Source: Thecamonas trahens ATCC 50062 (Eukaryota > Protista > Apusomonadida). From it: a DNA stretch of 64,000 nucleotides. Of the stretch, positions 12,001-24,800 are shown one piece after another. Every line of letters starts with the position of its first letter. Positions within the stretch are counted from its first letter, which is position 1. Both the position numbers and the translations under genes were made by a program. The notes below the pieces were generated by a model. That model had not been told where the DNA came from. It worked only from the letters and a program-made list of their open reading frames with translations, and searched no databases. The stretch spans positions 62,001 to 126,000 of the forward strand of contig NW_013657618.1 of the NCBI RefSeq assembly GCF_000142905.1. Direction: 5' to 3'.

Positions 12001-15000
12001 CAATGACCCAGAGGCACCGTTCTCAGGCGTTGCGCTCGACGACCTCAAGGCCGAGAGCAAGTCGACCGACTCGACGGTGGTGGTCCGGTTTGAGCGGTCG
12101 ATGGACATTTCGTTTGTGGCTGTCCGCATTGGCGAAGGCCGGCAGTCGGGCAAGTCTGTGGCGCTCATCAAGCTCTACTACAACAACAAGCCAGCGGACA
12201 TGATGGAGCTCAAGAACAACGAGTCGCTTTGGACGTCTACGCTCTCGATCAAGGTCCCTCGCGGAGCGTCGGAGGCCAAGGTCGAGCTCCCTATTCCGGT
12301 CACGGCGCTCAACTTTAAGCTCGAGTACGCCGAGCTGTACGACAATGTTCGTGCGCTCGCAAACGAGCGGCTGATGTGCCCGCGGTGCTCGCGGCCAGTG
12401 AGCGACCGGCACGGCGTGTGCTCCAATTGCCACGAAAACGCGTACCAGTGCCGGCAGTGCCGCAACATCAACTACGAGAACCTCGAGGCCTTTCTCTGCA
12501 ACGAGTGTGGCTACTGCCGCTACGGCCGCTTTGACTTTATGTTCCTTGCGAGGCAGAGTTTCTCGGCTGACAAGATTGTCGACGACGACGACTACCGCAA
12601 GGCGCTGGAGACCATCGACCGCGAATCGGCCAACGCGCATCGGCGGTACAAGCAGATGCTCGAGCTCAAGGCACCGATGGCTTCGCTGGCGCAGGCCATT
12701 CCCGACCCGTCGCTCTCGGCTGCCGACGTCCTGCGCCCGCTCGTGGGCTCATCGGTTGCTGCACATCTGCCGTCGAGCATCACGAGCTCGGAGAGCAAAA
12801 AAAGCCCTGGTGTTAACTCGAAGATCTCGGCGCTCGCAGAGATGTACGGCAAGTCGTGCAAGTCGGCGTTCAACTCGCTCTCGCACTCGGTGCAAACGCT
12901 GCTGGGCACGCGACGCGAGCTGGTGGCGTACCTCAAGCGGAGTGCAAGCGGGCGGAGCGGCGCCAGCCGCAAGTCGCACAGCGTCCAGCTCCGCTGCACC
13001 AACGAGTGCTTTGGCTGTGGCAACGCGTTTGTGTCCAACGCGCTTGCGCTGCTCGAGGAGCTGGCGACTAAGAAGTCGGCGCGGTCAGCCCTCGTCGCCC
13101 GCGGCGTCATCCAGGAGCTGGTGGGCAACAACCTGCACCAGGGCTCAGCCGATGCCCGTGGCGATGCCCGCCGCGTTCTCACTGCGTACGTGCAGGACAA
13201 CGAGGAGGGCACGGCCCTTGTCAACGATCTCCTCCGCAACAAGCTCAACTTTGTCCTCTCGTCGCACCGGGCTCTCGACGTGGCGGCGGTGATCAAGAAC
13301 GAGATGCAACTCCTCCGCGATGTGTGTCTGTTGGAGGACTCGTGCTGGGAGTCGCGGCTGCGGCTGACAATGGAGACATTCTTCTCGGCGGTCAAGGTGG
13401 GTGCCTCGTCGCCGATCCTCACCCAGTCGATCATCCTGCCGTGCCTCCGCATCGTTGTTGCGCTCTGCTCCGAGCCTGGCGCCGCAAGCGAGGCTGGGAG
13501 CGACGAGGCTGGTACGAGCGCCCGGGACAAGTCACCGGCGCCGTCACAGGCTGCTGCGCTTGACGGCTCGAATCAGAACCTCGATCTCGACGCGTTCATG
13601 GTGGAGCAAATCTTGACCTCCACGCCCGATTTGAATCCCGACGACTTGCCGCCGGAGATCCGAAGGAGTGTGATGCGGCTGATGGCGAGGCGGGGCTTGT
13701 CTGGCCGTGACGCCGCCGGCGGAAGTGAGCCGACGAGCGAGGTCGAGGCCGAGGCTGAAGCTGAGGCCGAGACCGGAGGTGACGAGGTTACCGAGCTCGC
13801 GACGACAACTGCGGCTGTCGAGGGTGCGCCGCGAGTGTCGTACGGCGCGTGGGCTAGCGGGAGCGAGGACTACAGCTCGTGGCGCGAGGGCTTGGCGAGC
13901 GAGGGAAGGCGCGAGCGTGCGATGGGCAAGACAAGCGTGCGTGCGCGGTACCTCGCGGAAAAGTACGTAAGCAAGTGGCGGGCAGCGATGGGCCGCCCGC
14001 CTGTTGTCTCGCCGCTTGCGGCTTTTGCGGAGCAGTCATGGGTGGCGACGCTCCTCCTCTCGCCGTGCTCTGTTGAGGTGCGGGCCGAGACTGTGCGGCT
14101 GATCAACTCGCTCTGCGCCGAGTCTGAGGACCGGACGTTCCGGTTCCTCGACTTTGCGACCAACTTGCTCGGCGAGGCCGGGCGTGCGGGCGACGCGTCA
14201 AAGGAGCTCTTTGGGCTCGTGGAGGCGCTGGTCAATTCGGAGGCGCAAATTTGCTACCTGACGGCGCGCGGGTTCCTCTCCAAGCTCGCGCAGTTTATTG
14301 TGGATGAGGTTGAGCGGATCCGATCGCTGGAGACGCAGCTCACGACGGACATTGCACAGGGCTATGTGCTCAAGTTCCTAACGAACCTGCTTGTGCGGTT
14401 TGTGGCTGTGGCACCTGTGCGGGCGCGGTTCAAGAGCGAGCAGCTCATTGTGCATGTGCTCGACGCATTCCTATCTCTCCGCGGGCTCATTGTGCAGAAG
14501 ACCAAGCTGACGGAGGACGCTGCGGTGCAGCTGCAGAAGCTCATTGGCGACCTCAACGCGGAGAGCGAGGCCGACACGGTCAACTACATGGTGGCATGCA
14601 TCAAGGCACTCGACAACCACGGCGAGGGACGGACGCCAATCTTCATCTTTGAGCAGCTGTGCTCGATTGTGTGCCCGGAGAAGGTTGAGCCTGAGGTGTT
14701 TGTCAACCTCAAGAAGAGTCGGACGCAGGAAGAGTTTATTCGCGGTTCGATGAACAAGAACCCGTACTCGTCGAACGAGGTTGGGCCGCTCATGCGCGAC
14801 GTGAAGAACAAGATCTGCCGTGACCTCGAGCTGTACGGACTCATCGATGACGATAACGGGATGGAGCTGCTTGTGCGGAACCGCAACGCGCGCGAGCCCA
14901 AGGTCTCTATCATCTCGCTCTCGCTCCCGGTGACGGTGGTGTACGAAAAGGTGTGGCAGACGACGTCGTCGGACGGAACGGGATCGACAGACCCAATGGA

Positions 15001-17404
15001 GGTGACGTTCCGGCTGCAGGGACTCGACGGCGAGGCGACGGAGCCGATGATTGACGAGCTCGAGGAGGAAGAGACCGAGGAGGTCGATCCGGAGGTGGAG
15101 CACGCGCTGACGGGCATCTTTGCCTCGTGCGGCGGCATTGCAGCGATGGTGTCGCGAATTGCGGCGATCTCGGAATTTGACGCGGCGCGCGAAGAGGCTG
15201 CGCTTGTGCTGCGGCTGCTGGGGACGGCGTGCAAGATTGCTGTCAATCGCAAGGCCATGCTGGAGTTGAATGCGGTGCCGACACTGCTGGACAAGCTCAT
15301 GATCACGTTCCCGCAGGAGGAGCAGGTCGACATTGCCGAGGGCCTCCTCCTTGTGCTAGAAAAGGTGGTGCTCGAGGCTGCGAGCTCCGAGGCCGCGAGC
15401 GGGCGCGAGGCTGTGTCGGACGAGGAGGTGTGCCGGCAAGTCGGGATGTTCCTGGACAAGCTGGCGTCGCCGCTGGTGCGGAAGAACAAGGCGCTGGTCA
15501 AGTCGATGACACGGATCTTGCCGTTCCTGACGCTCGGCTCGCGGCCGGGCATGGAGCGGCTTGCCGAGTTCTTTGGGCCCGTGTGTGACTTTGAGGCCTT
15601 TGACGCTGCGCCCGACGACGCGCTCAAGGTTCTGTACCTCGAGTCTTTTATTGCCTTTGCGCACGCGATTCCGGCCGACGCCGGCGGAGCGAGCCTCAAG
15701 GATCTGCTTCTCGACGCCGGGCTAGTGGGCAAGGCGACGGCGTATCTGTCGAGCACGTTCCCGCTGAGCAAGAAGCAGCGAGCCAAGGTGCTTGTCAAGA
15801 CGCCGAAGAAGTGGGCGGGCTCGCTGGAGAAGCCCGGGGTGCCGTACGCGCTGCGGGCGCTGACCGGGCTTGTGGCGCGCCACGCGCCGTCGCAGGCTGC
15901 GCTGGCGGAAAACGACTTGCTCAAGGTGATCCGGCTGCTGGAGGAAGTCTCGCTGGCAGAGCTCAACATCGGGTCGATGGCGGAGGATCTGCTGCGGGCT
16001 GCCGGTGAGGAGAACGAGGCGATGGCTGAAGCGATCGAGTCGTTGCGCGAGGCATCGCGGAAGGAGAAGGCGGCCAAGGCACTGGCGCACAAGATCAAAA
16101 CGCTGCGCAAGGCCGGGTTCAACGTCGACGACGAAGGCAACGTGATCAAGGCCAAGGCCGGTGACAAGTCGTCGGGCATCAACCTCGCTGAAGTGGAGGA
16201 GGAGACCGGCGACGCGTGCATGATTTGCCGCGAAGGGTACAAGTTCCGACCGGACGACGTGCTGGGGTTCTACGTGTACACCACCCGGCACGAGATGCGT
16301 GCGCTCGACGATACAGCATCGCGAAGTGAGCGCGGGTACTCGACGGTGACACAATTCAACGTGGTCCACTTTACCTGCCACCAAAAGGCGGCCGAGGCCG
16401 ACCGCAAGGGCAAGAGCGCCAAGGAGGAATGGGAGGGCGCTGCGCTGCGCAACAACCACTCGCGATGCAACAACATCCATCCGATGTACGGCAAGTCGAC
16501 GCAGCAGTCGTCGTACCTGACGTACATGGAGCAGTTCTGGAACCAGCTGCACTCGAGCATGGGCCGCGTGGACATGCCGCGGATGCGGGCGCTGGCGCAC
16601 GATGTGCGGATCCTGCTGCTGCACTACGCTGACCAGGACTCGTTTGTCGACTATGGTGGGCGCGAGTCGAACATCAAGGCGCTACCGCACGTCCTGCAGC
16701 ACGGGCTTATGGTTCTCGACGTGGCATCGGGCTCGAGCTCGAGCTCGAGCTCGGGCTCGGGCTCTGGAGCCAGTTCGCGGGCGGCGTTTGCGTCTGCGCT
16801 TGAGGCGTGGTTCAACACGCCGGTGGGCGAGTGGGCAGGTGCGGCCAAGAACGTTGACAACGCCGGGTTTATGCTTGTGGCCTCACTCTGGCTCTTGCCG
16901 CGCGACGTTTGGGCTGCGGCCCGAGTGGCATTCCTCAAACGGACGGTGGTGTGGGGCGCCCTGCGGGCCAGCGCACGGGCCGAGGCCGGACCCAGCGGCG
17001 AGGCGGAAGCGGGAGAAGCATCGCGCTACGCTAAGCTCGCGCCGGCGCTCGCGCTCTTTGCCATGGTCGACAAGATGCACGAGGTGTTCAAGCGCGACGC
17101 CCGGCCGTCGCCCGGCTCGGCTGTGTCTGCAGCGGCTTCTGCGGCGGCAGTGGCCGGCACCAAAGAGGCGCCCAGTCTGACCGTGGGGAGCCGGACAACG
17201 GCAGCGTGGATCAAGTCGTTTGGTGCGGCGCTCCGCAAGCCGTCGCAGGCGCTGGAGGAGATGTCGCTCGAGATCCTGGACTTTGTGGTCCGCGAGGTTG
17301 GTGGCGTCGACTCGGTGGCAGCATGGGCCGGCGTCGTTGGCGTTGGTGACGTCGACGACACGTGGGTGGCGGACGTGCTCGCAGCAGCTGACGTCGAGCT
17401 CTGA
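1..17404 (+). CDS. UBR4: Giant E3 ubiquitin ligase UBR4/p600/BIG (5'-truncated by the window; two apparent 1-nt frameshifts near 2778 and 2860)
   Basis: Frame 1 is open from base 1. UBR box CCTFKDTG..QHWYYCYTC..CCSVCARVCHDGH..FFCDCG at ~5690-5880; ZZ finger CDGC..RFHCAQCVSFDLCAGC at ~9460-9545; YYLEADPCLVCN; Cys-rich CPRCSRPV..CSNCHENAYQCRQCRNINY..FLCNECGYC; QEEFIRGSMNKNPYSS..GPLMRDVKNKIC; C-terminal hemi-RING CMICREGY..HFTCH. ORFs 253-3033 and 3023-17404 join if one C (2777-2778) and one T (2859-2862) are added. Confidence 0.95.
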
Positions 17405-17574
17405 GCCAAATGCGGTAAACAGTTGTAAGTGTGGATGGTGGTATGTGGATTCAATGGGCCAAGTGCGATCGGGCGTGACGGGTAGGGTAGGGGTGGGTGG
17501 GGCGGCGGATAGGGGAGAGGAAGAGCCGGAGGCACGGGCGCGGAGCGGGATAGACAGACGCGCTTGCTCGCCTC

Positions 17575-18084
17575 TCAGTCGAAGCGCGAGGCCTTGGGCA
17601 CGTAGGCGACCGGGTCGGGCTTGGAGGCCGTGCGCTCGCGCGAGGCGCGGGAGCGCGGGACGCGGAAGGAGCGGCACTTTGCGCGAAAGGCGTCGAGCGA
17701 GCGGCGCTGGGTGATGTCCTCGACATCGTCCTCGGTGTAGAGGGCGTCGAGCTTCCAGCGGATGGAGGAGATGTCCTCGGCAAGGTCCGGGTCGTCCGGG
17801 TAGGCCTCGAGCTCCTTGTTGAGGGCGGCCATTTCGGCCTTGAGCTCGCCGAGGCAGCCGTCGATCTTGGAGCGGCGCAGGTCATACAGCTCTTTCAGCG
17901 AGTTGTAGACCTTGCGGCAGGCGTCGTCGGTGGGCTCGGAGGCGCCAACCGAGAGGTCGTTGAGGGTGTTGGTGATGAGGTCGTCCGTCCGCCGCATCTG
18001 CACCAGTGTGGCCTTGAACAGCGTAAAGTCAAAGCACGAGACCGCGTTGAGGGCCGTAGCCGACTCGCGCGGATCGACAGCCAT
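17575..18084 (-). CDS. MIX23: MIX23/CCDC58 mitochondrial intermembrane-space protein
   Basis: CFDFTLFKATLVQMRRTDDLITNTLN, C-x14-R...I..C and EDITQRRSLDAFRAKC match the Cid2/CCDC58 pattern; accATG start context. Confidence 0.8.
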   Translation of the reverse strand: MAVDPRESATALNAVSCFDFTLFKATLVQMRRTDDLITNTLNDLSVGASEPTDDACRKVYNSLKELYDLRRSKIDGCLGELKAEMAALNKELEAYPDDPDLAEDISSIRWKLDALYTEDDVEDITQRRSLDAFRAKCRSFRVPRSRASRERTASKPDPVAYVPKASRFD

Positions 18085-18240
18085 GGTAGCGTAGTAGGAG
18101 GGGAGGCTGTGGGCGGGTGAGGGGAGGGTGAGGGGTGTGTGGGGTGTGTGGGGGGTGTGGGGGTGGACGCGTCAGTGGGTGGGGATCGGGGACGGGGTGA
18201 GGGGGCCGAGGGGGGGGGGGGGGGCGTACTAAGGGTGTAG

Positions 18241-18312
18241 TGCGTGTGTGTGTACGCGTGTGTGTATATGCGTGCGTGTGTGTGTATGTGTGTGTGAGAG
18301 AGTGTGCGTGTG
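18241..18312. repeat. Degenerate (GT)n microsatellite within a G-rich intergenic tract
   Basis: tgcgtgtgtgtgtacgcgtgtgtg... flanked by poly-G runs. Confidence 0.7.
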
Positions 18313-18509
18313 TGGAAATGGGTGCACGAGTGGGGTGGGGATGCCAGTGAGTGGAGGGGGAGGGGAGGGGAGGGGAGGGGGGCGATGGCATGGTCGTCGT
18401 GTGGGTTTGGGGGGAAAGGGGGGGGGGGAGGGGGGCGGAGGGGGGGAGGGGGCGGAGGTCATCAGATCAATGGTATTGGATTGCGATGGTGGCGGCGGGA
18501 GGAAGACGG

Positions 18510-20231
18510 CTAATCGTCGGTGTTGGTGGTGGTCATGGTGGCGGCGGGGACGGCCGGGGCGGCGGCGATGGCGGCGTCGGCGCGGGCGAGGGCGTTCTCG
18601 CGGTAGAAGATGACCTCTTGCCAACCGCGGCGGGCGAGCTCGACGGCCTCGCGCTGGTTGGCAGCAGCACCGACAAAGCGCCCAGTGGCATCGTAACCCC
18701 AAAAGTGGCCGGCGCACACCTCCTGGATCATCTTCTCCTTGGTCTCGACCACGGCGCGCATCTCGGCGAGCTCGGCCTCGGTGTCAGCGCGGGCCGAGGC
18801 GAGTGAGGCCTGGGTCGAGGCGAGGGCGAGTTCGGCAGCCTCGCGCGCGGCGGCTTGCTCCTCGCCGTACGCGGTGGCGTCAGCGAGCGAGGTCCGGGTC
18901 GCCTCCAGATCGTTGCGCAGCGTGCGCGCCTCGTCGCCCAGAGCGGTCTCGGCCGACTGCGCGTTGGCGAGGCGGGTGGTGATGTCGAGGAGACGGTCCT
19001 TGAGCGAGGCCAGCTCGGCGCGCGCGGTGTCGTTGTCGGCGGACTTGGCTGCTGCATCGGCGCGGGCAGACTCAAGGTCGGCCTCGAGGCCGGCGATGCG
19101 AGACGACGACGTGGCGGCGGCGTCGGCGGCGGAGGTCTGAGCAGTCGCCAGCGCGTCAGTTAGCTGTGCCACCTGAGCCGATGCGTCGGCAGTGGCGGCA
19201 GTCTGCTCGGCTAGCGCCGCCTCGAGGTCGGCGATGCGGGCCGCAGCGGCAGCGGCAGCGGCGGCCGACTCTTCCTCGAGCGTGGCAGCCTTGCCACGAA
19301 GCGCATCAAGCTGCTCGTCGCGGGTGGCAATCTGTGTCGAGTACGCAGTGGCCTCGGCGGCGGCAGCGAGGCGCAGCTTCTCCAGCTGGCTCTCGAGACC
19401 GCTTGTCTTGGACTTGCTCGCCTCGAGCGCCTCGCGGGTGAGGGCGAGCGCGTCGGACGCCGAGGCTGCGGTCGCCTGCAGCGCGGCCACCTGAGTCGCG
19501 TGTGTCTCGACGAGCGTGGCGTTGGTGGCTCTGAGTGCGGAGATCTCGTCGCGCAGAGCAGCGGCAGCGCCGTCAGATTGCGGAGGACGGGTCCCGGCAG
19601 CGACAGCGGCAGCGGAAGCGGCATGCGGTAGCTCGGCGGCGGCGCGGTTGTCGCCCGCCACAGGTGCATCTGGATCAGCAGCCTCTGCCGGGGCCGCATC
19701 GGCATCGTTTGCCGGCTCGCCATCGAGCGAGTCGCTTTCCACCTCGCCGCCGTCTGCCGCTAGCACGGTATCTGCCCCCGGCGAAGGATCCGATCCCAGG
19801 CCCGGGAGGGCCTCAGCCGAAGCAGGGGCAATCACGTCTGCGGGACCGGCTGCGGCATCATCCGTTGCGGCGGCGTCGTTATCTGTGGCGGCGTCTTCCA
19901 TTGCGGCGGCATCGGTATTTGCGGCTGCGGCATCGGTGGCTGTGGCGGCGGCAGCATCGTCCATCGCGGGGGCGGCATCGTCCACTACGGCGGCATCGCC
20001 TGCCGATGGCATGGCGTCGTCGTCCGCAGGATGAGGATGAGGAGCATGGGCATGGTCACCATGGGTATGGGGCGAGGAGAGTGCGTCGGATGCGGATGCG
20101 CTGGCACAGTCTGCCGACGAGACGGAGAAGGCCGAGACCGAGGCAGGCGACGACGACGACGAGGCTGCTGACGGGCCCGAGCCCGAGCCTGTGCTTGCGC
20201 CAGTGCCTGTGCCTGAGGTGGCCGACGACAT
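18510..20231 (-). CDS. Hypothetical Ala-rich coiled-coil protein (573 aa)
   Basis: accATG at 20231 (MSSATSG); disordered acidic N-terminus, long heptad region (LRDEISALRATNATL...), small C-terminal globular segment. The upstream part of the listed ORF is antisense to the neighbouring gene and runs across an N-gap. Confidence 0.7.
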   Translation of the reverse strand: MSSATSGTGTGASTGSGSGPSAASSSSSPASVSAFSVSSADCASASASDALSSPHTHGDHAHAPHPHPADDDAMPSAGDAAVVDDAAPAMDDAAAATATDAAAANTDAAAMEDAATDNDAAATDDAAAGPADVIAPASAEALPGLGSDPSPGADTVLAADGGEVESDSLDGEPANDADAAPAEAADPDAPVAGDNRAAAELPHAASAAAVAAGTRPPQSDGAAAALRDEISALRATNATLVETHATQVAALQATAASASDALALTREALEASKSKTSGLESQLEKLRLAAAAEATAYSTQIATRDEQLDALRGKAATLEEESAAAAAAAAARIADLEAALAEQTAATADASAQVAQLTDALATAQTSAADAAATSSSRIAGLEADLESARADAAAKSADNDTARAELASLKDRLLDITTRLANAQSAETALGDEARTLRNDLEATRTSLADATAYGEEQAAAREAAELALASTQASLASARADTEAELAEMRAVVETKEKMIQEVCAGHFWGYDATGRFVGAAANQREAVELARRGWQEVIFYRENALARADAAIAAAPAVPAATMTTTNTDD

Positions 20232-20431
20232 GGTGGCCAGGGGAGGGGAGGGGAGGGGATGGGTGGGGAGGGGTGGGTGGGAGGGATGGGAGGGAGTGGG
20301 AGGGTGGGAGGGTGGGAGGTGGGAGGTGGGANNNNNNNNNNNNNNNNNNNNNNNNNNNNNNNNNNNNNNNNNNNNNNNNNNNNNNNNNNNNNNNNNNNNN
20401 NNNNNNNNNNNNNNNNNNNNNNNNNNNNNNN

Positions 20432-20572
20432 GGGATGGGGAGTGGGGAGTGGGGATGGGGATGGGGATGGGGATGGGGATGATGGGGATGGGGATGGGGA
20501 TGGGGATGGGGATGGGGATGACCATAACCATGACCATGATGCCCATGATGACCATGACCATGCCCATGACCA
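20432..20572. repeat. (GGGATG)n followed by (ACCATG)n hexamer repeats
   Basis: Directly visible tandem hexamers next to the gap at 20332-20431. Confidence 0.8.
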
Positions 20573-20619
20573 TAGCCACCGTGAACATATCCGCCATCTC
20601 ACTTCTCTCCCCTCCCACC

Positions 20620-21802
20620 ATGGCCAACATCGTCAATTTGGCGCCCGTCCGCGACGCGGCAGCCATCCTCTCCGCCGCCACCGACAACATCTTCCTCCCA
20701 GGCCGCGGTGTCGGCGACAACATCGCCGCCACCGCCGCTGCCATCGACGCCACCGCCGCCGCTGTCGACTCGTCCGCCACCGCCCTCGCCGCCTCGGTCG
20801 ACGGCCTTGCCGCCGCCTCGTCTGATCTTGGCGCCTCTGTCGAGCGCATTCCCGCCGCCGCCGCCCACGCTGCCGCGCCCTACCTTCGCCCGGCCGTCTA
20901 CGCCGCCGCCGTCATCACCGCTGCTATCCTCGCCTGCGCCATCGCCGCCGGCCTCCGCCTCGCCCACCTCGCCGCCCCTGCCGCCGCTTTCCTCCTTGCC
21001 CGCGCCATCTATGCCGCCCACGCCGCGCCAGCGCCCGCACCTGCGCCCACTTCGCCCTCACCCGTTGCCTCCGAGCTTGCCGCCGCCGCCACCGCGGTCG
21101 ACGCTGCTGCTACTGCCGCCGCTTGGGCCGTCCTCGCCGTAGCCCTCGTCGCCGCCCCGCTCGCCGACGCCGTCCTCGCGGGCCTCGCTCCGGCCGTCCT
21201 CGTCGCCGCCCCGCTCGCCGCCGCAGGCTACGGCCTCTGGACCTCGATCGATGCGCTGCATGCCTCGGTTGACGCCCGCCTTGCTGCTGCTGCCGCTACC
21301 GCCGAGACGGCCCGGCCTCGAGGCGGCGGCGGCAGCAGCAGCAGCGGCGGCGGCGTCGGGCGAGGCGGCGGCGGCGGCGCTGGTCGACGCCGCTCGCGCC
21401 GATATGGCCGCCAAGCTCGGTGGCGCCGTCACGGCGTGGAAGCCGCTTCCGGAGCCGCTGGCCCTCGTTCTCTCGCCCTCGCTCGATGCCATCCACCTCC
21501 CGCCCGAGGTTGTCGCCGTCGGGCCGACCTGGCTCCGCCTCGCCGTCTCGGTCACATCGGGCCACGCCGTCGACGGCCGCGTCGTCCTCTCGGTCGTGGC
21601 TGTCGAGAGCGGCGAGCGCATCATTGTCCGCCATCGGCTCTACCATGCGAACGCATACAACTCGTCGTCGACCATCGCAGATCTGGCCCTTGGCGCGCAG
21701 GCCGCATCGGCCTCACTTGCCTTGGTCATCGACGGTCCGGCCGCGCCGCACCTCGACGTCGTCGTCGACCTGCTGGCCTACGGCTTTGACGTCAACCTGT
21801 AG
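20620..21802 (+). CDS. Hypothetical membrane protein with C-terminal beta-rich domain (apparent +1 frameshift at ~21311)
   Basis: accATG MANIVNLAP; several hydrophobic Ala/Leu helices. Removing one C from CCC at 21311-21313 continues into frame 21251-21802 (GLEAAA...WLRLAVSV...VDLLAYGFDVNL), which has normal codon usage. Confidence 0.6.
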
Positions 21803-21867
21803 CAGGCGCATGTCGCAAGCTGGAGCGCCCCCGCGTGTGTGCATGTGTTGGTTTACGAAAAGGATCT

Positions 21868-24800
21868 CTACGTCCGTGCAGCAGGCGCCGGCGGCGCCGG
21901 GAGCGCCATGATGGCGGCGACCTGCATGCGAGCAATGTCAGCGCCCTCGACCGGGTGCTCGTCGAGCCAGGTAAGGATTTCCTGGCTCGACTCGGCAACC
22001 ATGGTATGGAGGGTGGCGAGCGCGTTGTAGCGGACCATGGCCGGGACGGGCTCGTTGGCGTCGGTCGGGCCGGCAAACGAGCCGGCCTCGGCGTCCGAGC
22101 CGGCAAAGAGCGACTGGGTGAAGAAGTTCTCGATCTTGGGAATGTTTGACTCGACGAGGTCATTAAGCTGGACCATAAACTCCTCCTTCTTGCCAAACTT
22201 GACGCCATTGGCCGCGTTCTGGATGACCTTGGCCACCAAGACGAGGTACCGGCGCTCGTCGCGCGAGACTTCGTCGCGCGAGATTAGGTATTCCTGCGGC
22301 GAGGTGATGGCCGGGCAGAAGAGGCGGAGGAAGAAGAACCCGCCCATGCCCTGCACCTCTTTGCTCGGGTACGCCGTCCCCACGGTCGTCGCCACGTAAG
22401 AGAGCACTTCCTTCAGCGAGCTCGGGCACCGTCCGGATGAGCGGTAGATCGACTCGAGGAAAGTCTGGCACGTTGTCATCAGCTTGTACTTGTTGACGTC
22501 CAGCGAGTCGGCATCGGTCAGCCGCGTCGGGTCCACCTCGAGGCCCGCTGTCCCTGTGTACCCGCCGTCGAGCTCGACCTCGTCGCCTCCTTCCTTGTTG
22601 CGCGTGCTGTGGACCTGGTTGTACTGGTACAGGCACTCGAGGACAAGGACTCCGATGGTCTGCCGCACATACTCCACCGCCCGGAGCTTGCCCCACGCCT
22701 GAAACAGCTTGGTCGCCGCCGAGTTCTGCCGGAACAGCGTTTCGGCGTTGAGCGTCACTGCAACCTCGTGCTCCACAAGCGCCTTGAGGAGCGAAAGTGT
22801 CAGGTTGTGCTCCTGCGTCACTGCCATCGCAGCCACAACTGCAGAGTACAGGTTGCGCTTCGGCACCACATCTGCGAGTGCCATGTACAGCGGGAGCGAG
22901 AGCGGGTCGGTCGCCACCACACCCTCCATCGGGGCGTACCGTGCCGACGAGCCCGACGTCGCCGCCACGCCCTCAAACATTGGCTCATTCCACCGTGGGA
23001 ACATCCGCGCCCACCCGTCGCTCGCCAGCGGCGGGCACATCAGCGCCGCAAAGTCAACCGACTTGTTCCGCCACTTGAAGAACAGCAGCACCACAATGGC
23101 CACCACAAGGAAGAGAAGCAGGCCGCCGCCGATGCCGGCGTACAGCGCAACCGACGAGCTCGACTTGGGATCGGCAAGCGCAGGCGTAGCCGCAGGTGAT
23201 GTTCCCGACCCGGCCGGCGGAGCCGGGTCAGAGCACCCAGGCGGGTTAATGAGCCCGGCCGCGCACGTCTCGCACGACGTGCCGTTGGTTGTCAGGCACG
23301 TTGCACACTGCGATGCGCAAATAGCCGCACACGCAGGCGCGTTGGCAAATCCGGCTGTGCACTCGGTGCACTCGTTCTCGTCCGCGACAGTGCACTTGGT
23401 CGCCGCGCACTTGGACGCACAAGACAGCGAGCACGTCGGCACATTCTCGAACCGAGGCAGGCACGCTGTGCAAGACGTCGCCGAGCCTGAACACTCGGCA
23501 CACGGGCTCTCGCACGGCACGCATGCAAGTGCCGTGGCGTTGTAGAAACTGCCCGAATTGCAGCTACATGAGCCGGCACTTGAACTCGCGATCGGATTCA
23601 GGTCGCTCGTCAGCAGAGAAATCTCTGCCGCAGTCAGCTCACGGTTCCACATCGCAAGGTTGTCAATCCACACCTCGCTGCGGAACGAGGTAAAGGTCGG
23701 GCCCCAGAAGCCGAGCGGCGCTGCATTGCCAGCTGGGAAAGAAGATGTAGAGAAGTAGCGGTCGTTCTGTCCCAAGACAAACTCGGTTGGGGTGAGCTGA
23801 GCAGTGTCGGCGATGTTGTTCAGAGTGTTGACCACGCCACCATGCACGGTGCCATTGATGTACACAAAGCCAGCGTTCGCTGCCGTCTCCGAGGCACGCT
23901 TCCAGGTCACGGTCAATTGGGTCCACTCCAACAACGAGTTGCGATCAATGTTGATGTCTGAAGAAAACACTACTGTATCGGCCGCAATGACGATGACGCG
24001 CACGTTGCCACCTGACATCCCCAACATAATGCACATGCCTTCGTTGCTGGCAACAGGTGTGATGCCTCGGGAGGGGCAAAACAGACCCATTCTTGCGTTC
24101 GACTCACTGCCGCCAGAAAACTCGATGTCGACCAGCTTGACCCACAACGAGATGGTCGCCTGCTTAACGTACTCGGAAGTTGTGCCCGACTCGCCCCAGA
24201 GCAGAGGCTCGGCCACAGGCTCCCCGTTCGCGAGGCGATGCGCAGCCATGACCGTAGTTGGCGGTGGTGACGAGCCTGAATGCTGTGTCACAAACGCCAC
24301 CGCTTGTCCCGCAACACCTGCCGGGAACGTCGGGCTGCCAGCGAGATTGAACGGCATGGCTGCGCCAGGCGCGACCGAGTTAGCCGTGCCCTCCATGGGA
24401 AAGTAGGCAGCAAGACCGTCGAGCAGACCAAAGTTGTACGAGCCACCAGCACAGCCCGGAGGCGTGTACGTCACTGTTCCCACCACCACCATCACCATCA
24501 TCCCAACCACGCCATGACAAGCACACCCATATGTGAGAGAGTGGGGGAGTGGGGGGGGGGGGGGAGGGAGAAGGGGGGGAGGGGGGAGGGGGGGAATCGC
24601 TGAAAAAGGCCGAAAGCGGCAATTGCCGCTATTTTGCTACCGAAACGGGAGAAGGGAGGGGAGGGGCAGGGCAGGGGGGGGGGCATGCAAGGGGAAGGGG
24701 AAAGGGGGGGGGGAGCGAGAGGGAGGCAAGGTTGCGTATGTGGGGGGGTAANNNNNNNNNNNNNNNNNNNNNNNNNNNNNNNNNNNNNNNNNNNNNNNNN

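Noticed and set aside
14584-16242. Long antisense and alternate-frame ORFs (also 58202-60322, 12592-13530 and many others)
   Set aside because: Shadows of GC-rich, codon-biased genes; Ser/Arg/Ala-rich with no domains.
21868-24473. Calling the receptor RasGAP a plexin
   Set aside because: No Sema, PSI or IPT domains, and the GAP is not split by an RBD insertion.
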